From contig OZ245031.1 in assembly GCA_965223975.1 (NCBI GenBank), forward strand, positions 2,132,145 through 2,196,144: DNA of 64,000 nt. Reading direction: 5' to 3'. Under the pieces are notes generated by a model. It was not told where the DNA came from and searched no databases. It saw nothing but the letters and a program-made list of their open reading frames with translations. Shown here piece after piece: positions 42,754-53,081 of the stretch (positions are counted from its first letter, which is position 1; the number at the start of each line of letters is the position of its first letter). Origin of the DNA: Pseudomonadales bacterium (lineage in GTDB: Bacteria > Pseudomonadota > Gammaproteobacteria > Pseudomonadales > JBECKS01). The position numbers were made by a program, and so were the translations under genes.

Positions 42754-43407
42754 GTGCAATTAGCAATCTATATCATTAGTTTATCGGTTCTGGTCAGTGC
42801 CGTCCTTCATCTACGCGCTGAGAAATATAATGATGTTCGCAAGATTTATATATTTAAGTCCTTAACAACAAGTTTAATTATCGGCTTAGCTTTTTATATG
42901 GGTAGCTTAGATAGCCTTTATACCAAGCTGATTATATTGGGTTTGATTTTCTCATTGGCTGGCGATGTGTTTTTAATCTCCGAGAATGGCTTTGTTCGGG
43001 GCTTACTTAGTTTTTTAGTGGCTCACGTATTTTATATTGCTGCCTTTGTTATAGAGCTTGGTATTGATCAGGTTTTGTATTTGCCGTCTTTATTGCCTTT
43101 TGTTTTGTTTGCTTTAGTTGTAATTGCTCTGGTCTATCCCGGCTTAGGCACGCTCAAGATTCCTGTCTTTGTTTATATCAGCGTGATTTTGCTCATGGGT
43201 TGGCAAAGTCTCAATTTGTATTTGGTAGAAGCTAGTCGTTTTGCATTATCGGCCTGTGTGGGCGCCGCCTTTTTTATGCTGTCTGATTCTTTGATTGCAA
43301 TCGATAAGTTTCGTTCTGAGCTTAAACACAATAGGCTCCTGATCATGAGTACCTATTACTTAGGACAGTGGTTAATAGCCTTGTCGATCTTGGGTTTTGG
43401 GCAATAA
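42754..43407 (+). CDS. YhhN/TMEM86 family protein (lysoplasmalogenase family)
   Basis: Polytopic, with LAGDVFL and FLVAHVFYI motifs characteristic of YhhN. GTG start. Confidence 0.75.
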   Translation: MQLAIYIISLSVLVSAVLHLRAEKYNDVRKIYIFKSLTTSLIIGLAFYMGSLDSLYTKLIILGLIFSLAGDVFLISENGFVRGLLSFLVAHVFYIAAFVIELGIDQVLYLPSLLPFVLFALVVIALVYPGLGTLKIPVFVYISVILLMGWQSLNLYLVEASRFALSACVGAAFFMLSDSLIAIDKFRSELKHNRLLIMSTYYLGQWLIALSILGFGQ

Positions 43408-43494
43408 AGCTCTGGGAGCTTTGCGAGCAGGGGGTGTCCGGGTCTATTTAGGCCAAAATCACCGACTATCAGTTGTCCCAATATGGCTGAAAGA

Positions 43495-43523
43495 TTGACA
43501 AACAGGGGGCTTAGGCATATATT
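43495..43523 (+). promoter_or_regulatory. Near-consensus sigma70 promoter for tRNA-fMet (rimP-nusA-infB operon)
   Basis: TTGACA, a 17-nt spacer, then TATATT. A GC-rich discriminator (ggccgcc) follows, and the tRNA starts 15 nt later. Confidence 0.65.
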
Positions 43524-43537
43524 GGCCGCCTTTCAAG

Positions 43538-43614
<77 letters not shown>

Positions 43615-43742
43615 ATGAATACCAGTGTAATGTTTGTAAAAACTTTATGCGCATAGCTAGGGATCTAGATTCTGCTAAGGCAAAATTGGGTCGTTTAGTT
43701 AGGGAGTCTGAAGAGGGCTACCGAAGTCAGTTAGATTTTTTT

Positions 43743-43769
43743 AAAGCCCCTCTTTAGGGGCTTTTTATT
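43743..43769 (+). terminator. Hairpin terminator or attenuator between metY and rimP
   Basis: aaagcccct-cttt-aggggcttt followed by ttatt. Confidence 0.6.
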
Positions 43770-43813
43770 AGGTGACGTTTATTTGCGAAAGCTAAGTAAG
43801 TGATCACCGATTT

Positions 43814-43841
43814 AAAGTGGGCATTTAAGCCCACTTTTTGT
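43814..43841 (+). terminator. Second hairpin terminator or attenuator before rimP
   Basis: aaagtgggc-atttaa-gcccacttt followed by ttg. Confidence 0.55.
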
Positions 43842-43895
43842 TTGTAGGGCAAAATTGTTTTTTTGGGTAGTAAAGATACCAGTGGAGCACATGGC

Positions 43896-44360
43896 ATGTC
43901 TGCTAAAACAGAAACGTTAATCGCCATTGTGGAACCCGTTGTTGAGTCCTTTGATCTAAAACTATGGGGCTTGCAGTACTCGGGCCAGGGCCAACATGCT
44001 TTGCTTAGAATTTTTATTGATAGCGAGCAAGGTGTAGGTGTGGATGATTGTGCCAAAGTGAGTCGACAATTGAGTGCGGTTCTTGATGTTGAGGATCCAA
44101 TTTCTGGTCGTTATACCTTGGAAGTATCATCGCCTGGTATTGATAGACCTTTGTTTTATTTTGAGCAATATCAGAACTATATCGGCTCTATGATTAAGCT
44201 AAAGCTTAATGTGGCTCAAGATAAACGTAAGAAGCTTAAGGCGACTTTGTTATCGCTTAACGAAGATAACCAAAGTCTCGAATTTAGTTTCGAGCAAGAA
44301 GTAATTACTGTTGATTTTGCCAATATTGGTAAGGCCAATGTATTTGGGGAGCTTCCCTAA
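43896..44360 (+). CDS. rimP: Ribosome maturation factor RimP
   Basis: Contains MSAKTETLIAIVEPVVE...LEVSSPGIDRPL. GGAG lies 8 nt upstream of ATG 43896. Confidence 0.92.
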   Translation: MSAKTETLIAIVEPVVESFDLKLWGLQYSGQGQHALLRIFIDSEQGVGVDDCAKVSRQLSAVLDVEDPISGRYTLEVSSPGIDRPLFYFEQYQNYIGSMIKLKLNVAQDKRKKLKATLLSLNEDNQSLEFSFEQEVITVDFANIGKANVFGELP

Positions 44361-44434
44361 GTTGATCGTAGCTAGTGTGTTGTCAGCGCGGTTTATTTTT
44401 TAAATGAGGAACATAGATATGAGCGGTTTTGGAC

Positions 44435-45937
44435 ATGAGTAAAGAAATACTTTTAGTGGTTGAAGCAGTATCAAATGAAAAAGGTGTTTCCGAGGAAATC
44501 ATTTTTGATGCCTTGGAGTTGGCTTTGGCCTCAGCAACCAAGAAAAAATACAGCGAAGAAGCTGAGTTCCGCGTTTCTATTGATAGAAAAACTGGCAATT
44601 ACGAAACCTTTCGTACTTATCTAGTAGTAGAAACCGAAGAAGAGATTGAACTTCAAGGTGTAGAGATTTTACCAGAACAAGCGAAAACAATTGATCCAAG
44701 TGCAGAAGTTGGTGGCTACATTGAAGAGCCAGTTGATTCTGTTGAATTCGGTCGTATTGCTGCGCAAGCCGCTAAGCAAGTGATTGTACAAAAGGTTCGT
44801 GAGGCTGAACGTGCTCAAGTGGTAGAAGAGTACCAAGATCGTGTTGGAGAAATGCTTAACGGCACTGTTAAAAAAGTAACCCGTGATTCTATTATTGTTG
44901 ATCTAGGTGGTAACGCAGAGGGTGTGATTCCTCGTTCAAATATGATTCCTCGTGAAATGGTCAGAATGAACGATCGTATCCGCGGTATCTTGGTCGCTGT
45001 GGAGCCAGAAGCGAGAGGCCCTCAGTTAGTGATTAGCCGTACCTGTCCAGAACTATTGATCGAAGTATTTAAAATTGAAGTACCAGAGATTGGTGAAGAG
45101 GTTATCGAGATACGTGCCGCAGCCCGTGATCCAGGCTCACGCGCTAAGATTGCGGTTAAAACCAACGATGGTCGTATTGATCCTGTTGGAGCTTGCGTGG
45201 GTATGCGCGGTGCGCGTGTTCAAGCAGTATCGAGTGAGCTTAGTGGCGAACGTGTTGATATCGTACTTTGGGATGACAACCCGGCTCAGTTTGTGATTAA
45301 CGCAATGGCGCCAGCAGAAGTTGCGTCTATTGTTGTTGATGAAGAAAAGCAAATGATGGACATTGCAGTTGAAGAAGATCAACTTGCACAAGCCATTGGT
45401 CGTGGTGGTCAAAATATTCGTTTAGCTAGTGAACTTGCCGGTTGGACCTTGAATATCATGACTGTTGATGAAGCCGGTAATAAAGAGCAGGAAGAGATAC
45501 AGGGATTCATTCAAGGCTTTGTCAATGATCTGGATGTCGATGAAGAGTTAGCGGTGCTATTGGTTGAAGAGGGTTTCACTAACGTAGAAGAAGTGGCCTA
45601 TGTACCTAAAGAAGAAATGCTTGCGATTGAAGGTTTGGACGAAGATATTGTGAATGAGCTGCGTGCCCGTTCAGAAGATGTTTTGTTAACTAAAGCTTTG
45701 GCTAAAGAGGAATCTTTAGGTGATAAAGAGCCCGCAGAGGATCTGCTTGAGCTTGAGGGTGTGAGTCGAGAAATGGCTTTCATTCTCGCGAATAATGGCA
45801 TTACCGATAGAGAAGAACTGGCTGAGCAAGCCGTTGATGATCTATTAGAGATCGAGCAGTTAGAAGGTTTAGATGAAGAATCAGCGGGTCAATTAATTAT
45901 GACCGCTCGTGCGCATTGGTTTGAGGAAGACGCTTAG
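44435..45937 (+). CDS. nusA: Transcription termination/antitermination factor NusA
   Basis: [18 protein letters not shown] matches the NusA N-terminus. S1, KH and AR regions are present. Confidence 0.96.
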   Translation: MSKEILLVVEAVSNEKGVSEEIIFDALELALASATKKKYSEEAEFRVSIDRKTGNYETFRTYLVVETEEEIELQGVEILPEQAKTIDPSAEVGGYIEEPVDSVEFGRIAAQAAKQVIVQKVREAERAQVVEEYQDRVGEMLNGTVKKVTRDSIIVDLGGNAEGVIPRSNMIPREMVRMNDRIRGILVAVEPEARGPQLVISRTCPELLIEVFKIEVPEIGEEVIEIRAAARDPGSRAKIAVKTNDGRIDPVGACVGMRGARVQAVSSELSGERVDIVLWDDNPAQFVINAMAPAEVASIVVDEEKQMMDIAVEEDQLAQAIGRGGQNIRLASELAGWTLNIMTVDEAGNKEQEEIQGFIQGFVNDLDVDEELAVLLVEEGFTNVEEVAYVPKEEMLAIEGLDEDIVNELRARSEDVLLTKALAKEESLGDKEPAEDLLELEGVSREMAFILANNGITDREELAEQAVDDLLEIEQLEGLDEESAGQLIMTARAHWFEEDA

Positions 45938-46026
45938 CTTTTAAAGGCTTAGATTTTAAGGGCTTAGACCAATCGCAAAAGTCATCGGACTTAAATACAT
46001 TGATAAGTTAGGAGCGTTAGCTAAAT

Positions 46027-48741
46027 ATGGCTGATACTACAGTAGAACAATTAGCAAAAGTCGTTGGGGTTTCGGTTGATAAACTCGTGTCCCAGTTGAA
46101 AAGTGCAGGTGTCGAAGACAAGAACGAAACCTCGCTGGTCACCGACGAAGAGAAGCAGACGCTTCTTGCTTATCTAAAGAAATCTCATGGTGTTGAGTCT
46201 CAAGAGGCAAAACCTAAGAAGATCACTTTGCGTAAACGTGCCACTAGCACTTTGTCAGCCACGGGTTCAAGTAGTGCTAAAGGTAGCAGTGTTGTAAACG
46301 TTGAAGTTCGTAAGAAACGTACTTTTGTTAAAAAGAAAGTAGAATCTGCTGAAGCGGCATCGGGTGAAGAACCAAAAGTGGTGGCGGAGCCTGTCGAGAC
46401 AAGCTCAGCTTCTGAGCGAAAGAGTAAGGCGGATATCTTAAGGGAAGCTAAGCAAGCGGCAGATGAAGCTTCGCGTAAAGCTGAACAAGAAGCGCATCAG
46501 AAGGAAGAGGCTGATAAAAAACGAGCTGCGGAAGAAGAAGCGATTCGTAAAACCAAAGCTAAAACCAATAAGGCGACTAAAGCTGCAAAGAAAACGACTC
46601 GTAAAACCAGTAGCAAAACAGCTAAGCCCAAGATTGAAGAAGAGAAGCTTGATCCTGAAGCAGAAGCGGCGAAACGTCGAGAAGAAGAGGCGCGCAGAAA
46701 AGAAGCTGATGAAGAAGCTCGCTTAAAGACTCTGGAAGAAGCTAAGCGTATTGCTGACGAGCTTAAGAATCGCGATGACGACGATCGCGAAGAGCAAGAG
46801 TACGTTGCAGGCGATAAGCTGGTTCAAGAAGCATTTGAGCAAAGTCTGCGTGAAGAAGATAAATCGATTAAAAAAGATACTTCGCGTAAAGCTCGGGTAA
46901 AACAGCAAAAGCAAATTCGAAAGCCAAGTGCTCCACTTGTCAGTAAGTTGAATGACTCTCATGGTTTTGAAAAGCCAGTTGCTCCTCAGATTCACGAGGT
47001 AGAAATCCCGGAAACGATCTCTGTTGCTCAACTAGCGGCTAAGTTAAATATGAAGGGCGGTGCGCTGGTTAAAGAGCTGATGAAAGTTGGTGAAATGGCT
47101 ACGGTTAACCAAGTGCTTGATCAGGAAACGGCTACTCTAGTGGTAGAAGAACTAGGGCATAAGGTTAAGTTGATTGACTCTAACGCTTTGGAAACAGAGC
47201 TAGAAGAGTTGGTTAAGAGTGATGGCGAGCAGGAAGAAAGAGCGCCAGTTGTGACCATTATGGGTCACGTCGATCATGGTAAAACTTCATTGCTGGATTA
47301 CATTCGCTCAACCAAAGTGGCAGATGGCGAAGCGGGTGGTATTACCCAGCATATTGGTGCTTACCACGTTGAAACTGACAAAGGTATGATCACCTTTTTA
47401 GATACTCCAGGACACGCGGCCTTTACTGCAATGAGATCTCGTGGTGCTAAGGCAACTGATATCGCTATTATCATTGTTGCTGCGGATGATGGTATGAAGC
47501 CTCAAACCGAAGAAGCGATTGATCACGCGAAAGCGGCTGAAGTACCCATTATTGTAGCTGTCAACAAAATGGATAAAGAAGGTGCTGATCTTGAGCGTGT
47601 TAAAAACGAATTAAGTGCGAAAGAGTTAATACCAGAGGACTGGGGTGGTGAGCATCAGTTTATTCCAGTATCTGCGCACACTGGTCAGGGTATTGATGAG
47701 TTATTAGAGGCTATCTCTCTTCAGGCAGAATTGCTTGAGTTAAAAGCCGTTAAAGATACTAGCGCGAAAGGTGTGGTAATCGAATCACGTCTAAGCAAAG
47801 GCCAAGGTGCGGTTACCAGTTTGTTAGTTCAAGAGGGCACTTTATCTAAAGGTGATATGGTGCTTGCGGGTCATTTCTTTGGTCGCGTTCGCGCGATGAC
47901 AGATGAAGATGGCAAAGCGGTTGAAACGGCTGGGCCTTCGTTACCTGTCGAAATCTTAGGTCTTGCTGGCACTCCTGATGCGGGTGATAGCTTTATGGTT
48001 GTACCGAACGAGAAGAAGGCGAAAGAAGTCGCTGAAACTCGTGAGCGCTCACAGCGTGAGGCGCGTCTTGTTCGTCAGCAAAAATCTAAGCTTGAAAACT
48101 TATTTGAGAACATGGGCTCTGAGCAAGCTGCGACGGTTAATGTCGTACTTAAGACTGATGTGCGCGGTTCTTTAGAAGCCTTGAATGCTTCTCTAAATGA
48201 CCTTTCTACCGATGAGGTTAAGGTGAATATCCTTGGTTCTGGTGTTGGTGGTATTACTAGCTCTGACGTTAGTTTAGCAATGACTTCGTCGGCGGTTGTG
48301 TTTGGTTTTAACGTTCGTGCAGATGATACGGCTAAAACTATGGCGCAAGAAGAAGGCGTGGATATGCGTTACTACAGCGTTATCTATGAGTTGATCGATG
48401 ATGTTAAAGACGCGATGTCTGGTCTTCTTGCTCCTGAGCTTCGTGAAGATATTCTTGGTACTGCTGAAGTTAAAGATGTATTCCGTTCGTCTAAGTTCGG
48501 AGCAGCTGCAGGTTGTCAGGTGATCGAAGGTACTTTGTATAGAAACAAGCGAATTCGTGTATTGCGCGATGCGGTTGTGATTTACGAGGGTGAGCTTGAG
48601 TCTTTGCGTCGCTTTAAAGATGACGTTAACGAAGTTAAAAACGGCTTGGAATGTGGTATCGCGGTTAAGAACTACAACGATATCAAAGAAGGTGACCGTA
48701 TTGAGGTTTACCAAGTCAACGAAATCGCTCGTAGCTTGTAG
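46027..48741 (+). CDS. infB: Translation initiation factor IF-2
   Basis: A Lys/Glu-rich N-terminal region, then a GTPase domain ([21 protein letters not shown]). Confidence 0.97.
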   Translation: MADTTVEQLAKVVGVSVDKLVSQLKSAGVEDKNETSLVTDEEKQTLLAYLKKSHGVESQEAKPKKITLRKRATSTLSATGSSSAKGSSVVNVEVRKKRTFVKKKVESAEAASGEEPKVVAEPVETSSASERKSKADILREAKQAADEASRKAEQEAHQKEEADKKRAAEEEAIRKTKAKTNKATKAAKKTTRKTSSKTAKPKIEEEKLDPEAEAAKRREEEARRKEADEEARLKTLEEAKRIADELKNRDDDDREEQEYVAGDKLVQEAFEQSLREEDKSIKKDTSRKARVKQQKQIRKPSAPLVSKLNDSHGFEKPVAPQIHEVEIPETISVAQLAAKLNMKGGALVKELMKVGEMATVNQVLDQETATLVVEELGHKVKLIDSNALETELEELVKSDGEQEERAPVVTIMGHVDHGKTSLLDYIRSTKVADGEAGGITQHIGAYHVETDKGMITFLDTPGHAAFTAMRSRGAKATDIAIIIVAADDGMKPQTEEAIDHAKAAEVPIIVAVNKMDKEGADLERVKNELSAKELIPEDWGGEHQFIPVSAHTGQGIDELLEAISLQAELLELKAVKDTSAKGVVIESRLSKGQGAVTSLLVQEGTLSKGDMVLAGHFFGRVRAMTDEDGKAVETAGPSLPVEILGLAGTPDAGDSFMVVPNEKKAKEVAETRERSQREARLVRQQKSKLENLFENMGSEQAATVNVVLKTDVRGSLEALNASLNDLSTDEVKVNILGSGVGGITSSDVSLAMTSSAVVFGFNVRADDTAKTMAQEEGVDMRYYSVIYELIDDVKDAMSGLLAPELREDILGTAEVKDVFRSSKFGAAAGCQVIEGTLYRNKRIRVLRDAVVIYEGELESLRRFKDDVNEVKNGLECGIAVKNYNDIKEGDRIEVYQVNEIARSL

Positions 48742-48750
48742 TTAGTCAGT

Positions 48751-49110
48751 ATGAGTCGCCAATCTCGTCTAGCAGAACAAATTAAGCGGGAGCTATCCCA
48801 GCTTATCCAGCTAGAAGTGCGAGATCCTCGTTTAGGTATGGTCACGATTTCAGCAGTAGAGCTAAGTCGTGACTATAGCGTTGCCAAAGTTTTTTTTACG
48901 GTCTTCGAAGACGATAAAAAGAAAGACTCGGTTAAAGTGCTTGAAGGCTCCTCAAACTTTCTACGTAAGATGTTGGGTCAAAGCCTATCTCTTAGAACGG
49001 TTCCACGTTTAAGTTTCTTGTACGATGAAAGCATTGAGCGCGGAAGTCGTATCTCGTCTTTGATCGATGAAGCAGTTGCAGACGATCAGCAGCGTAAGGG
49101 CGAAGAGTAG
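48751..49110 (+). CDS. rbfA: Ribosome-binding factor A
   Basis: Contains R..R.AEQIKRELSQLI...DPRLG.VTIS.VE.S.D. Confidence 0.94.
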   Translation: MSRQSRLAEQIKRELSQLIQLEVRDPRLGMVTISAVELSRDYSVAKVFFTVFEDDKKKDSVKVLEGSSNFLRKMLGQSLSLRTVPRLSFLYDESIERGSRISSLIDEAVADDQQRKGEE

Positions 49111-49119
49111 TTCGCGTAT

Positions 49120-49203
49120 AGCTAAGCAACAATTCAAGCAGCAACTCAAGCAACTATCTTGGTAACTATCCCAACAAGTATCCAGCAAATATCCAAGCAA
49201 TTC
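49120..49203. repeat. Degenerate ~12-bp tandem repeat (about 7 copies) in the rbfA-truB spacer
   Basis: agctaagcaaca / attcaagcagca / actcaagcaact / atcttggtaact / atcccaacaagt / atccagcaaat / atccaagcaatt. Confidence 0.55.
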
Positions 49204-49225
49204 TTAAGACTGTAATTTCCTAGCG

Positions 49226-50182
49226 ATGGCAAATCAAAAAAGAGGCAGAGATGTAAACGGCATCATGTTGTTGGATAAGCCCCTAGGGCTTAGTTCTAAC
49301 AAAGCTCTGCAAACCGTTAAGTATATTTACCAAGCCAGAAAAGCCGGACACACCGGCAGCCTTGATCCTTTGGCTACTGGTTTACTTCCCATTTTTTTAG
49401 GAGAGGCGACCAAGTTCTCTCAGTACCTTTTAGATGCCGATAAGGTCTATGAGGCACGGGTTCAGCTTGGCCAAAAATCGACGACTGGTGATAGTGAAGG
49501 CGAAATCGTTGAGACGCGCCCTGTTGATTTTGGTTTTGAGGTCTTGGTTGAAATATTGAGCCAGTTTCTTGGTGAAATTGAGCAGGTGCCTTCGATGTTC
49601 TCTGCCATTAAACGTGACGGTCAGCCACTGTATAAGTTGGCGCGCAAAGGTATCGAAGTAGAACGCAAGGTTCGCAAGGTGCAGATCTTTGAGTTAAGGC
49701 TGAAATCAGAGCCCAAGCTCTTTGAGCAAGAGCAGGTTATAGATATTTATGTTCACTGCAGCAAGGGTACCTATATCAGGAATCTAGCTGAGGATATTGG
49801 CGAAAAAGCCGGCTGCGGAGCCCATTTGCTCAGTTTGAGACGTCTTAAAACCGGCCAATTTGAAGATATGCATGAGCTTCAAGACCTGTTTGATACTCGG
49901 GGTGAGGAAAAAGAGCTGAGCGATAGCGCTCGAGATGAGTTAGATCAGCGCCTTTTACCCGTCGACGCTGCCCTGAGCGCATTTCCTGCCTTTGTGATCA
50001 GCCAGGCCGAGGCAGAAGAACTTAAATGTGGCCGGGTGGTCGCTAGCCCAGATAATCCGAGGGCTCTAGAGGGTTTGCTACGTTTATATGTCGATAATGA
50101 GAGCCAATTTATGGGTTTGGCTGAAATCGGCGAGGATGGAGCCCTAAGAGGTAAGCGCCTATTGCGTACTGACGGTCAGTAG
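49226..50182 (+). CDS. truB: tRNA pseudouridine(55) synthase TruB
   Basis: Contains GIMLLDKP.G.SSN...KAGHTGSLDPLATG. Confidence 0.95.
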   Translation: MANQKRGRDVNGIMLLDKPLGLSSNKALQTVKYIYQARKAGHTGSLDPLATGLLPIFLGEATKFSQYLLDADKVYEARVQLGQKSTTGDSEGEIVETRPVDFGFEVLVEILSQFLGEIEQVPSMFSAIKRDGQPLYKLARKGIEVERKVRKVQIFELRLKSEPKLFEQEQVIDIYVHCSKGTYIRNLAEDIGEKAGCGAHLLSLRRLKTGQFEDMHELQDLFDTRGEEKELSDSARDELDQRLLPVDAALSAFPAFVISQAEAEELKCGRVVASPDNPRALEGLLRLYVDNESQFMGLAEIGEDGALRGKRLLRTDGQ

Positions 50183-50404
50183 TGAATGGGCAGGATTAAC
50201 TGAAAAAAGCTGTTTTTTGCCTATTTTTTTGTTTTTGTTGTGGTAAGATGGCCCGCCCTGAAAGGCCTGTAGGCCAGAAGAATTAAGGGGTCGACCAGAA
50301 TAGCCAAGTCTAAACAAGACTAGCTAATACAAGATTAAAAGATAGGCTGTAAATATGCGTGGCTTATCTTTCCATTTTATCAACGCATATTAGAGGTCAA
50401 TAAC

Positions 50405-50674
50405 ATGTCTTTAACTGCAGAACGCAAAGCAGAAATCGTAAGTGAATATCGTCGTGGTGACTCTGATACTGGTTCACCAGAAGTTCAAGTAGCACTATTA
50501 ACTGCTCAAATTAATCACCTTCAAGGTCACTTTAAAGAGCATAAGCACGACCACCATTCAAGACGCGGTCTTATCAGAATGGTTAACCAACGTCGTAAGT
50601 TACTAGACTATCTTAAGAAAAAAGATAATTCGCGTTACGCCGATTTGATTAAGCGCTTAGAACTACGTCGCTAA
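50405..50674 (+). CDS. rpsO: 30S ribosomal protein S15
   Basis: 89 aa. Contains [17 protein letters not shown]...[11 protein letters not shown]. Confidence 0.97.
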   Translation: MSLTAERKAEIVSEYRRGDSDTGSPEVQVALLTAQINHLQGHFKEHKHDHHSRRGLIRMVNQRRKLLDYLKKKDNSRYADLIKRLELRR

Positions 50675-50691
50675 TCACAATACGAATCATT

Positions 50692-50721
50692 AAAGGGTTT
50701 TCAGTTTGAAAACCCTTTTTT
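50692..50721 (+). terminator. rpsO Rho-independent terminator
   Basis: aagggttttc-agtt-tgaaaaccctt followed by tttttc. Confidence 0.8.
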
Positions 50722-50827
50722 CTTTAAAGCCTATAGTTTGTTTCGCTCAATTTAATCAACGATTAATTATTAAAAGTAATCAGCAAATGTATATATAGGG
50801 CTTTAAAGTCTAATAAAAAGTTTCCCT

Positions 50828-50893
50828 AAAAGAGAAAAAAAGAAAGTAAGTAAAGTAAGTTGAAAAGTAAGAAAGAAGAAGAGAAGAGAAAAA
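50828..50893 (+). other. ~66-nt polypurine (A/G) tract in the pnp 5' leader
   Basis: aaaagagaaaaaaagaaagtaagtaaagtaagttgaaaagtaagaaagaagaagagaagagaaaaa. It contains four GTAAG repeats and ends 3 nt before the pnp ATG. Confidence 0.7.
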
Positions 50894-50896
50894 TCT

Positions 50897-52978
50897 ATGT
50901 TTAATCATGTAAGAAAAGAAATTCAATTTGGTAATGACACAGTTGTACTAGAAACTGGAAAAATCGCTCGTCAAGCAACAGGTGCCGTGATGGCAAGTAT
51001 GGGCGATACCACTGTTTTGGTAACGGTAGTTGGCCGCAAAGAAGTGAAGCCTGGCCAAGACTTTTTTCCATTAACCGTTAACTATCAAGAAAAAGCTTAT
51101 GCTGCTGGTAAAATCCCTGGTGGCTACTTTAAGCGTGAAGGTCGTCCAACTGAAAAAGAAACATTAACTTGTCGTTTAATCGACCGACCTATTCGTCCTT
51201 TATTCCCTAAGGGCTTTATGAACGAAGTACAAGTAATCGCTACCGTGATTTCTTGTGACAAAGACACTGATCCAGATATTTTATCACTAGTAGGTACCTC
51301 AGCAGCTTTGGCTATCTCTGGTATTCCTTTTGATGGTCCTTTAGGTGCAGCCCGTGTTGGTTTTATCGACGGTATGTATGTTCTTAACCCTGGTTATTCA
51401 GCGCTTGAAAATTCAAGTCTTGACCTAGTGGTTGCAGGTACTAAAGATGCGGTATTGATGGTTGAGTCTGAAGCTAAAGAGCTTTCAGAAGATCAAATGC
51501 TAGGTGCTGTTCTTTTTGGTCACCAAGAATTCCAATCAGTGATCAAAGGTGTTGAAGAGTTTGCAGCTGAAGCAGCTAAAGAGAAGTGGGATTGGGCACC
51601 AGAGCCAGAAAACACTGAGCTTAAAACTAAAGTAAGCGACGCTTACGGAAGTAAAATTTCTGACGCTTATCAGATTAAAGACAAAATGCAGCGCTATGAC
51701 ACTTTGTCTGCTTTAAGAAACGAAGCGGCTGAAGCTTTAGCCACTGAAGAACTAGCGGCTGATGATATTAAAGACACTTTCTCTTCTGTAGAGAAAAATG
51801 TTGTACGTGAAAACGTATTAAGCGGTGCGCCACGTATTGATGGTCGTGCGGGCAACAAGGTTCGCGATATCTTCACTGAGCTAAACGTACTACCTAAGGC
51901 TCACGGTTCAGCCATGTTTACTCGTGGTGAGACTCAAGCCATTGTTGTTGCGACTTTAGGTAGTCAGCGTGATGCGCAAATCATTGATGCGCTTGAAGGT
52001 AAAAAGACTGATCCTTTCATGCTTCACTACAACTTCCCTCCATTCTGTGTGGGTGAGACTGCTTTCAACTTGGGTCCAAAGCGTCGTGAGATTGGTCACG
52101 GTCGTTTGGCTCGCCGTGGTATCCAAGCGGTGCTTCCTACCGAAGAAGAATTCCCGTACACCATGCGTGTAGTATCAGAAATCACTGAATCTAATGGCTC
52201 ATCATCAATGGCTTCAGTGTGTGGTTCAAGTATGGCTTTGATGGACGCGGGCGTGCCTCTTAAAGCACCTGTTGCTGGTATTGCAATGGGTCTTGTTAAA
52301 GATGGTGATCGCTATGCGATTCTTTCTGACATCTTGGGTGATGAAGATCACCTAGGTGATATGGACTTTAAAGTAGCCGGTACTCAAGACGGTATTACTG
52401 CTCTTCAAATGGATATCAAAATCCAAGGTATCACCGAAGAGATTATGGAAAAGGCTTTAGAACAAGCAAAAGAAGGTCGTCAGCACATCTTAGCTGAAAT
52501 GGCTAAAACCATATCTGCTTCTAAGACTGAAGTGTCTGAGCAAGCGCCTACTTACGCAACTCTAAACATTAATCCAGACAAGATTCGCGACGTTATTGGT
52601 AAGGGGGGTGCAACTATCCGTGCCTTGACCGAAGAGACCGGCGCTAGCATCGACCTAGATGATAGTGGTTTGGTTAAAATTTTTGGTGAAACTAAAGCGG
52701 CTGCTGATGCGGCAATCGAGCGTATCTCTGAAATCACTGCTGAGCCAGAAATTGGCAAGGTATATGAAGGTACAGTTGCTCGTATCGTAGACTTTGGCGC
52801 TTTCGTAACCTTTATGCCTGGTACTGATGGTTTGTTACACGTTTCTCAAATTGCTGAGGAACATGTTAAGAACGTTTCTGATTTCTTGTCAGAAGGTCAA
52901 ACGGTTAAGGTATTGGTTAAAGACGTGGATAATCGTGGTCGCGTTAAGTTGAGCATGAAAGACGTTAAAGAAGACTAA
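50897..52978 (+). CDS. pnp: Polyribonucleotide nucleotidyltransferase (PNPase)
   Basis: 693 aa with two RNase PH domains, then KH and S1 ([18 protein letters not shown]). Confidence 0.98.
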   Translation: MFNHVRKEIQFGNDTVVLETGKIARQATGAVMASMGDTTVLVTVVGRKEVKPGQDFFPLTVNYQEKAYAAGKIPGGYFKREGRPTEKETLTCRLIDRPIRPLFPKGFMNEVQVIATVISCDKDTDPDILSLVGTSAALAISGIPFDGPLGAARVGFIDGMYVLNPGYSALENSSLDLVVAGTKDAVLMVESEAKELSEDQMLGAVLFGHQEFQSVIKGVEEFAAEAAKEKWDWAPEPENTELKTKVSDAYGSKISDAYQIKDKMQRYDTLSALRNEAAEALATEELAADDIKDTFSSVEKNVVRENVLSGAPRIDGRAGNKVRDIFTELNVLPKAHGSAMFTRGETQAIVVATLGSQRDAQIIDALEGKKTDPFMLHYNFPPFCVGETAFNLGPKRREIGHGRLARRGIQAVLPTEEEFPYTMRVVSEITESNGSSSMASVCGSSMALMDAGVPLKAPVAGIAMGLVKDGDRYAILSDILGDEDHLGDMDFKVAGTQDGITALQMDIKIQGITEEIMEKALEQAKEGRQHILAEMAKTISASKTEVSEQAPTYATLNINPDKIRDVIGKGGATIRALTEETGASIDLDDSGLVKIFGETKAAADAAIERISEITAEPEIGKVYEGTVARIVDFGAFVTFMPGTDGLLHVSQIAEEHVKNVSDFLSEGQTVKVLVKDVDNRGRVKLSMKDVKED

Positions 52979-53000
52979 TACTGAGTTTTCAATAAATTAA

Positions 53001-53027
53001 AAGGCTTCCTTGTGAAGCCTTTTTTTT
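53001..53027 (+). terminator. pnp Rho-independent terminator
   Basis: aaggcttc-cttgt-gaagcctt followed by T7. Confidence 0.8.
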
Positions 53028-53081
53028 GCCCGTATTTTTGCCTTTATTCTTGCATGGTTTTTTCGTTTATAATTGTTGCTT

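Noticed and set aside
31824-43537. The tRNA-flanked region considered as a classical integrative island or prophage remnant.
   Set aside because: I saw no integrase, excisionase, transposase or phage genes, and no direct repeat of the tRNA-Leu or tRNA-Met 3' ends by eye. A 9-nt match (ccttcggca) at about 33777 inside the cytochrome gene is most likely chance.
43754-44056. 100-aa minus-strand ORF overlapping the metY-rimP spacer and the rimP 5' end.
   Set aside because: It runs antisense to the conserved rimP gene and across two plus-strand terminator hairpins. It has no recognisable motif.
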